Below, in pieces: positions 54,301 through 64,000 of a stretch of DNA of 64,000 nucleotides. The notes beneath the pieces are model-generated. The model was not told the origin of the DNA. It ran no database searches and worked only from the letters and a program-made list of their open reading frames with translations. The stretch is from Neocallimastix sp. 'constans' (Eukaryota): NCBI GenBank assembly GCA_050613775.1, contig JBODTK010000143.1, positions 186,001-250,000 on the forward strand, given 5' to 3'. The position numbers were made by a program, and so were the translations under genes. Each line of letters starts with the position of its first letter. Position 1 is the stretch's first letter.

Positions 54301-55959
54301 TTATTTATTTATTATTATTTAATTATTAGTTAAAATTACATATGCAATTTTTAATGCGATTTTTAATGTTTTATTAATTATTAATATTTTCTATTTTAGT
54401 AATTAATTTAAAAATGTGTCATTTTTTCTTCATTTTAATTTATTTCATACCTTCTAAAATTGTCTCATTTTTTTTTAATTGCGGATTTATATATATATAC
54501 TAAAAAATAAAATAAAATTAAATAAAATTAAATAAAAAAAAAAAAAGATTCTAAAAATTATTTTTTTTAAGTGAATAAATTTAAAGTAAAAGTTTTTTTT
54601 TTTACTTCCTTCTCTCATCAGCTGTAACTATTTCTTATTTTTGAATGTATATATCAAATATTAAGCATTGCTAATAGGATTATGTATTATATATAATAAA
54701 ACACTTTTTTTTATCAAATTTTAAAATAAAAAAATCATTCATTCATTCATTCATTCATTCATTGATTCTATCAGAAATGAACTTTTTTTTTTTTTCACCT
54801 GTTAATTATTACTTTCAATATATCCTAAAAAATTATTCGTGAGGGGAAAAAGTTAAAAATAGATTAAATAAATTAAATTTCTTTCTTTTTTTTTTTTTTT
54901 TTGATTAATTTTACTTTCAATAAATTTACGATAAATAAAAAGTAAAAAATAAGCATTTTAATTGAACTATTTTATTATTTAATTTTTACTTTTATTATTT
55001 TAATTTAATCTTATTTAATCTTATAATATTTTATTTTTATTTTATTATTTAATCTTATAATATTTTATTATTTATTATTTAATCTTATTATATTTTATTA
55101 TTTAATCTTATTATATTTTATTATTTATTATTTATTATATTAATTTATTATTATTTTACTATTTAATATTTATTTTATTAATTTATTTAATCTTATTATA
55201 TTTTATTTTTATTTTATTATTTAATCTTATTATATTTTATTAAATATTTAATATTTATTTTTATTAATTTATTTAATCTTATTATATTTTATTATTTATT
55301 TATTATAATTTATTATTTAATATTTATTTTTATTAATTTATTTAATCTTATTATATTTTATTATTTATTTATTATATTTTATTATTTATTATTTATTTCA
55401 TTAATTTATTATTATTTTACTATTTAATATTGATTTTATTATTTTATTTTTATTTTGATATTAATAATTACTATTATTATCATGTTTTTATTATTATTAT
55501 TAAATAAAATCTTATCATTAAATAATAATTTTATTTTTTATAAGGTTCTATTGATATAGATTTAACCAATATAAAAAATTAATGAACACACTAAATAAAT
55601 AATTTTAATCATCAATAAATTATTTAAATTTTCTTAAAGTTGATATATTATTCATTTACTTTTTATAAATTAATAATTCTTAGAAAGAAACAAAGAAAAT
55701 AATTAATTAATAAATATTTCTCTTTTATTATTTATTAATAAATATTTCTTTATTATTATTTATTAATAAATACTCTTTTTTTATTATTTATTATTTCATG
55801 AGATACCAACAGGAAATAAATAAAAATTAAAATAAAAATTAAAATATAAATATAAATATAAATAAAATAATGGATTTTCTTAAATCAGACTAATTAAATA
55901 AATATTAAATGATAGGTAAAATAGATTTTCAATTTATATAAAAAATAATAAGAGTGAAT

Positions 55960-56260
55960 AATAAATAATTAATAATATTCCATAATTATTATAATAAATA
56001 ATTAATATTATTCCATAATTATTATAATAAATAATTAATATTATTTCATAATTATTATAATAAATTATTAATAATATTCCATAATTATTATAATAAATAA
56101 TTAATATTATTCCATAATTATTATAATAAATAATTAATATTATTCCATAATTATTATAATAATTATTAATAATATTCCATAATTATTATAATAAATAATT
56201 AATATTATTCCATAATTATTATAATAAATAATTAATATTATTCCATAATTATTATAATTA
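55960..56260. repeat. ~32-bp AT-rich minisatellite
   Basis: Unit ATAAATAATTAATATTATTCCATAATTATTAT, about nine copies. Confidence 0.9.
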
Positions 56261-57174
56261 TTTGTGTTTTAATAGTTCAAAAATAAATGAAATTGAAAAT
56301 ATCTTTTTTTATTTTTTATTTTAAATGTAAAAATAAATAAATAAATAAATAAAATTAATTATTATTATTATTATTTTTAGAATAGAATCTGACCATCATC
56401 ATAAATGTTTTTTTTTTTTTTTCTATTATTTCTTATTTTTTTTTATATATTATTTTTTTTTATAAATTATTTTTTTATATATTATTTTTTTATATAAATT
56501 ATTTTTTTATATAAATTATTTTTATATGAAATTGAAATTGAATGTTTCATAACTTTATATTATATTGTTTATTATTTTTTCCATTTTAGTTGAATGAAAA
56601 AAATTTATTTATCTATTTATTTATTTATTATACATATTATATACAAATTATAATTTATATATTTATTTTTTTTTTTAATATTATTTTAATATTGGTTATG
56701 ATTACTCATTAAATGGTTTATTTTATTAATAAATACTTTTTTTTTATAATTTATTATTTATTATTTATTAATAAATACTTTATTTTATTATATATTAATA
56801 AATACTTTTTTTTTATTATTTATTATTTATTAATAACATACTCTTTTGATTATTTATTATTTATTAATAGTATACTTTTCTCATTTTTTATTATTTATTA
56901 TTTATTAATAACATACTTTTCTCTTTTTTTATTATTTATTGTTCCATTATTATTTATTAATAATTTTATTATTCAATTATTCAATTATTATTTAATATAT
57001 TTGACCAATGATTATTCAACATAATGTTTCCATTATTTTTCATTGTGTTTCAATGATTTTAATTTATTTTTAATATATTTTTAATGTAATACAATTTCAT
57101 AGGAAAATATAAAACTTTATTTTTTAATTTATTTTTATTATTATTATTAAATTAAATTTATAATTAAATAATAT

Positions 57175-57373
<199 letters not shown>

Positions 57374-57608
57374 TAATTTTCATGGTATAATAATTATTTT
57401 ATTTAAAGTTTTTATTTTTTATTTTAATTTATATGAAAAACTTTTTTTTTTTTATATATTTTGATGGTAGACTCTTTTTTTATTATATTAAATTAAATTT
57501 AATAATTAATATATAAAAATTAATTTATATTGATTTAAATTGATAATGAAACAAAAAAAAAAAATAATAAAATATAAAACTAAAAAAAATAATACTAATA
57601 ATATTAAT

Positions 57609-57785
57609 TGATATTAAAGAAGAAATTAAATGATATTAAAGAAGAGATTAAATGATATTAAAGAAAAAATTAAATGATATTAAAGAAGATATTAAATGAT
57701 ATTAAAGAAGAGATTAAATGATATTAAAGAAGAGATTAAATGATATTAAAGAAGAGATTAAATGATATTAAAGAAGAGATTAAAT
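57609..57785. repeat. 22-bp minisatellite
   Basis: TGATATTAAAGAAGAGATTAAA, about eight head-to-tail copies with no spacers. Confidence 0.92.
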
Positions 57786-59345
57786 ATAAATAATAAAATA
57801 AAAATTATAATAATTAGATAGGAATAATACCAAATTCTAACCGATATAAATTGAAACAATAATAATGTTTCATTTTAATTATTATTATTTTATTTATAAA
57901 TATAAAATCATTTTACTCTAAATTAATTCCTTGATATTATGAAATACAATATTTATTTTGTTAAAAAAGTTATTAGTATTTTATTAAAAAAAATATTTGG
58001 GTTCAATCTCTTTTAAGATGACAAATTGACAAAATAGAAATGGAATCATTTAAAAATTATTCTATTTTATTTTATTTATTATATTATCTTAATTCATGTT
58101 TATTTTTTAATTTAACTCATTTATTCAATAGTTTTCTCATTAGACCTTTATCATGAATGCTATTAATTTTATCGATTCCTCTAAAATCCTAGTTTGTTTA
58201 ATAACGACTTAATTAAGATATTAATATTAATTGTTAAATGATTTAGATGATATGAATATTTTTATATACTTGAATGAACTTAAGAGTAATTCCTTAAAAT
58301 TTTTAGACCTTCTTAATGGAAAAATCTGAATTAAAAAAAAAAAAAAAAAAAAATAAAATAAAATAAAATAAAAATTTTTAAATTAGTGTATTAACCTTAA
58401 ATTAATTACTGATTTTTTACATTAATACAACCATAGATTCTAAAATTTCATGTAAAAATTAAAAAATTAGTTAAAAATTAAAAATAATATTTATTAAAAA
58501 TTAAAAAATTAGTTAAAAATTAAAAATAATATTTTATTCAATTGTGAAGTACTAGCTCTCATTTCAAATATATTTACCTTTTAAATAAACTCATATTTAA
58601 TTTTTTTTTTTTTTTTTTTTTTTACAATTTAGTTGAGCATCCTGAATTATAAATATATATATATTTATATATACATTTTCAGTAATAAATGTATCCTGTT
58701 GAAGGAATTCCCCTTTTTCTTGAGAATTATTATTAATTAATTATTTTAGGAAAGATTATTATCAAAGTAGGATTGATTTAATATGTATCTTACCAGATCA
58801 GAATGACATTAATTATATTTAAACATTACATTTAAAATTAGAAATTTCATTAACTATCTTTTAATTAATAGATATTAATTATAGTTCTACATATTATATG
58901 ATAATGTATGATTATTATTATCATGATCACCTTTAATACCTTCAAAGATATTAGCACCCCTAAAATCATAAGGAAATTTATATCAGTAATAATAAAAAAT
59001 ATCAGGTTATATAATTAAATTATATATAATTTTATTCATTTCTATTATTAATAATTATTAAATAAAATTAAATAAAATTTAGTATGAAATTTTTTTTTTT
59101 TTTTATCTTTAAGACATTAATTGATGGTGTGTAACTCTTTGAATTTCAATGAAAAAATCAGATTTTTTAACTCACTATATACTATAAGAAGAATTAAATA
59201 TTTTTAATATTAATATTAATAAATGCATTTTGAGGAATTTTTTTTTTCTTTAAAAAAAAAAAAAAATAGTAAATTTAAACCACTTTTGTATATATATATA
59301 TATGTTTAATAGATAGCATAATTCTCCCATACCAACAACTATGTA

Positions 59346-59449
<104 letters not shown>

Positions 59450-59515
59450 TATTATTATTATTATTAAATTTATTATTACTATTATTACTATTACTATTAG
59501 TTATTAGTAGTTACT

Positions 59516-59615
<100 letters not shown>

Positions 59616-59633
59616 GTTATTGTTATTATTATA

Positions 59634-59681
<48 letters not shown>

Positions 59682-59789
59682 GTTGTTGTTATTATTATTA
59701 TTATAATTATTATTATTTTTATTATTATTATTATTTTAATAATTATATTATAAAAATAATACTTTAAAAATAAAAAAAAAAAAAAAACT

Positions 59790-60170
59790 CTCATTGGATT
59801 TCTTTGTCATACCGTTTCGGAGTCGACAGGACCTCTCTTTAAGTAAGGCTAATATGAAAGATATTCCTTATACGCTGCTTTTACACACGAAAGGCTTATT
59901 TTTAGTGATCTCTTCGAACCATCCATTATCGTCGAGGGAGGAACAACACAACTTCTTCAATCTTCTTACAGTTTAAGTATTCTCTGTACTATCAATTATA
60001 TAGTCTAGTAACAGGAATACTTAATCCTGGTGAACGAACACTAGGGAAAAACACCTTATGAGGATGAAAATTTCCCCCATTATATATTCAGGAGGTCGTC
60101 GTGATGTCAATTCAGAAACCTTTAGTGTGTTAGTCCCTAATACTTAACCACTGGGATAAAACTCGAACTT
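59790..60170. mobile_element. GC-elevated non-coding segment, possible LTR fragment
   Basis: Composition differs sharply from the flanks and it is absent from the duplicate copy. No termini were identified. Confidence 0.3.
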
Positions 60171-60207
60171 TTTAAATTATAAATAACAAGTAATGAATAA
60201 TTTTATA

Positions 60208-60249
<42 letters not shown>

Positions 60250-61683
60250 TATTAATTATTCAGTTTTTTTTTTTAGGAATAAATATATAAATAATGAATA
60301 ATGAATAGTCAAAATCATTTAATATTAAATATAATTAAATATTTTTATTTATTAAAAAATTAAAAAATAAATATCAAATAATATAATATAATATAGTTAT
60401 ATAAATGTTAAGAGTCAGGAATTTATGGCTTATACATAGGTCAAACTCTATTTAATATATTTTATGATAAAGAGCTAATTTTAAAAAAAAAAAGTATTTA
60501 TTCTATTTATTTTTTTTTTTTTTTAATTTGATTTTATAATTAACAAATAAAAAAAAGTTTTTAATTTTTATTATATTTTTTTTTTATACTTTATTGTATT
60601 TTAATTTTGTTTGAAATAAAAATGAATTTTATTTATTTTTATAAATATTTTTAAAGGTTTTTTTTTTATGTATATATATTTTTTAAATATTTTTTTTTGT
60701 TATTATTATTATTATTACTTATTTTTTTTTTTTTTTTTTTTTGAAAAAAAATAATATATAAAAATGAAAAATAATAATAATTTTTAATAAATGAAAAGCT
60801 TTTTTTATAACAAAAAATAATAAAATATTATTTTAAAGAAGAAAAAAATAAATCTTTCAAAGATTTATATTTGCTTTTTGTTTTTTGTTTTTAATATAGT
60901 TCTATTCTTATAATATTTAAATGTTAATAATTGTTTTTAGTATTTATATGTTTTTTATATGTAAATGTATTTCTTTTATTTTATTTGATTTAATATTTAC
61001 GTTAAACTACAAAATTTTTATAAACGTTTTTAGTATAACTTTCAATTTTTTTTTTTTTATTTTTTTTTTTTTTTTATTTTTTTTTTATACTTTTGTTTTG
61101 TTTTTGTTTTTAAAAAACTATTTAATTTATTTATATAATTTTTTTTTATAAATATCGTTTGGATTAGTAGATTTATCTAAATCTATTTTTTTTAATAATA
61201 TTATATGTATAGATATATATATATAAATATTATTTCTATATTTTTTTTAATATAAAAAGGATTATAGTATTATTGTTTTATTTATTTATTTTGATGAAAT
61301 AAAGAAAATCTTCCAAAAAAAATCTTCTTTAATATTTTTTTTATATATTATTTTATTTTTGTTTTGAAAATGTTTTTATTTTTAAAATGCTTACATACTA
61401 CAATTTTAAAAATGATCCATTTTCTTAAACATTTATACTTTTTTTAATCTTTTTTCTTTTTTTTTTGTATTAACTAATAATTACTATTAGTATTTTTTAT
61501 TCAATGTAAATGTAAAAAAAATTTTTTTTTTCATTTTCAATTTTATATCAGAAAAAAAAGAAAAAAAAATATAAAATAGTAATTATAATAAAAAAAAATT
61601 TTTTTTTTTGAATTTTTTATATATAAAAGTTTTAGATTTTTTTTTTTAAAAAAAAAAAAGAAAATCAAATATACTAATAATAC

Positions 61684-62691
61684 TTAAAATCTTCTGTAAA
61701 CGTAGAGAGCAGCAAGAGAACAAATTGCATAGTTGAGGAAGGTCATCTTTTGTTGAGAGTTGGAAGAAGAAGCTTCTCCATATTCACCATGATTGGAGAC
61801 AATACCACAAGTGACTTCGTTAATAAGACAGGAAGCATTGTTTTCCCAACCGTAAAGAGCACCATCATTACCAGTACCAGTGACAACACAACCACTACAC
61901 CATGGGTGTGGAGTAGTGTTAATACCACAACGAGAACCAATAACTCTACAGTCTTCACCATTTTCTGTATTCCAAGTGGTGGTGTCTGGATCTATACGAG
62001 TGTATTCACAAGTACTGCAAATAAGAACACCATCTGGACCTCTTTCAAGAGCCTTTTGTTCAGACTTTGGTGGAGTAAGGTTACATTTTGTGTTATCTAT
62101 AATACAGGAAGCTTGATCTTCCCAACCCCAGTAAGAACCATCACCACCAGTAGCAGTAACTTCACATTTATTACAGATAACATTACCAGAAGCATCTTTT
62201 TTGTGATTAGATGCAGCAGCAGAAGCTTCTGCCTTTTTTTCATCAAGTTTACCTTCACATTTAGTATTATTAATAATACAAGACTTTTCATCTTCCCAAC
62301 CCCATAAAGAATTGTCACCTCCAGTACCAGTAACAACACAACCATTACAAACTATGTTACCTTTGGCATCGGTTTCATGAGCAGCTGGAGCAGAAGTAGT
62401 GGTAGTGGTAGTTTCTTTAGCTTTAGCTTTAGTAGTAGTAGAAGAAGTTTTTTTATTTGCTGTCTTCTTTGTACTTTTTTTATATACAGTTGTTGTTTTC
62501 TTTGTACTTGTATTTTTACTTTTACTGCAACTGGATGAAATTTTACAGAAGGTACCATCTTCCCAACCCCAAAGGGAACCATCTTTACCAGTAGTAAAAA
62601 CAGTACAATCTGAACATTTACTTATTTTGGTAGCTTCAATCTTGCTAAGAAGTAAAGAAGTAGAGAGTAATAAACCAAGAGCAAATTTCAT
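61684..62691 (-). CDS. Second copy of the five-repeat CBM10-like, putatively GPI-anchored protein, 335 aa
   Basis: Differs from 51885-52892 at four residues (D>G, S>N, VV>AA). Confidence 0.88.
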   Translation of the reverse strand: MKFALGLLLSTSLLLSKIEATKISKCSDCTVFTTGKDGSLWGWEDGTFCKISSSCSKSKNTSTKKTTTVYKKSTKKTANKKTSSTTTKAKAKETTTTTTSAPAAHETDAKGNIVCNGCVVTGTGGDNSLWGWEDEKSCIINNTKCEGKLDEKKAEASAAASNHKKDASGNVICNKCEVTATGGDGSYWGWEDQASCIIDNTKCNLTPPKSEQKALERGPDGVLICSTCEYTRIDPDTTTWNTENGEDCRVIGSRCGINTTPHPWCSGCVVTGTGNDGALYGWENNASCLINEVTCGIVSNHGEYGEASSSNSQQKMTFLNYAICSLAALYVYRRF

Positions 62692-63192
62692 TTTCTTAAA
62701 TAAGCTTGTTTCTACTGAAAAAGAAAAAAAAAAAAAAAAGAAAGAAACGTAAAAGAGAAAGTAAAAAAATATATATATTAAAAAATATTAATTATTTATA
62801 TAATATTTTATTGTTATTAAAATGAATATAATTTTTTTTTTTATAAAAAAAAAAAAAGTAAATTTTTATTCAGTGATATTGATTTTACTTATTAAAATTA
62901 TATTCTAATTGTTTATTTTTTTTTGAATTCAATATAATAATATTAAATACAAATAATCTATTTACACTTTTATATATATACAAAAACTTTTTTATTTTAT
63001 TTTATTATTTTTTTTTTTATAAATTTAATTTGTTATCTTTCTTTTTTTTTTTTTTTTTATATTCTTTTTTTTATATTTTTTTTTTAATTTTTTTAATAAT
63101 TATTTTTATAATAATTATTTTTTGTTTTTAATTTATTTATTAAAAAAAAAATATATTTTTTTAGTGTAATTTTTTACTCTTTTTATATAAAA

Positions 63193-63231
<39 letters not shown>

Positions 63232-64000
63232 TAAATAATAAATAATAATAGTAGTAGTTAGTAGTTAAGATAGTAATAATCATAAACTATTGGTAATCAT
63301 AATAAATAACTTTTTAATTGATTAATAAAAAGTTTAGTTTATATAAAAATTTAGACAATCATTACACAATATTTAATATTTTTTACTATTCAACAGAATT
63401 ATATTAAAATGGAATATTAAATGAAAATAAAAATAAAATAAAACTATTAATTAGAGTTTAACTAATATTTATAGTTTACTTTTTTTTTATTTTTTTTTTT
63501 TTAATATAATATATATAATAAATTGTTTTTAATATAATATTTTTTTTTTATAATACTTTTAAATTTAAATAATAATATTATTATTTATTATTATTCAATT
63601 ATTTATTAAAATTATATATTTATTATTATTTATTATTATTTATTATTTATTATTTATTATTTATTATTTTTTTTTTTTTAATATAATGATTTAATATATT
63701 TTTAATTTTAATTTTTTTTTTAGTAGTTTTAATAGTTTTAATATAAAATTTTTTTTATTATTGTAAATATTTATAAATATTTATAGTAATTATTATGACT
63801 ATTTAACTTTTTTCAATTTCATTTCAACTTTTTATTTTATTATTTCAGTTATTAATAAATATTTAATACTAAAAAGATTTATTAATATTATTATTATTTT
63901 AATACTATTATTATCATTTGATAATACTATTATTATTCCATTATTTATATTATTATTTAATTATTTATATTATTATTCCATTATTTATATTATTATTTAA

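Noticed and set aside
55960..56260. 32-bp repeats as a CRISPR array
   Set aside because: No spacers; a plain AT-rich minisatellite.
57609..57785. 22-bp repeats as a CRISPR array
   Set aside because: Head-to-tail with no unique spacers, no cas genes, and a eukaryotic context.
58640..58990. Coding-like traces (YKFPYDFRGANIFEG on the minus strand)
   Set aside because: Too short and broken to assign.

Overview
This is very AT-rich eukaryotic genomic DNA with GT-AG introns and many microsatellites. The gene content (fungal CBM10-type dockerins, expanded ankyrin families) points to an anaerobic gut fungus (Neocallimastigomycota); that assignment is an inference. Intact genes: a secreted S8 subtilisin protease with CBM18 and two dockerins (plus the 5' part of a paralog at the left edge), a MULE transposase, a 2565-aa modular ankyrin protein, two further ankyrin genes, a 4-exon SGNH/CE16-type esterase with a dockerin and hydrophobic tail, and two near-identical genes for a secreted, probably GPI-anchored protein made of five CBM10-like repeats. 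Two segmental duplications shape the window (1-8318 vs 15049-25644, and about 50.4-54.3 kb vs 60.3-64 kb). Relics include two GPH-family sugar-symporter pseudogenes of bacterial type, a PI-PLC-dockerin pseudogene, two ankyrin pseudogenes, Copia fragments, a three-copy TG...CA solo-LTR-like element and a tRNA/U1-like island. The best candidates for undescribed biology are the cell-anchored CBM10/dockerin proteins and the rearranged GPH transporter. All family calls come from motif recognition by eye; no searches were run.
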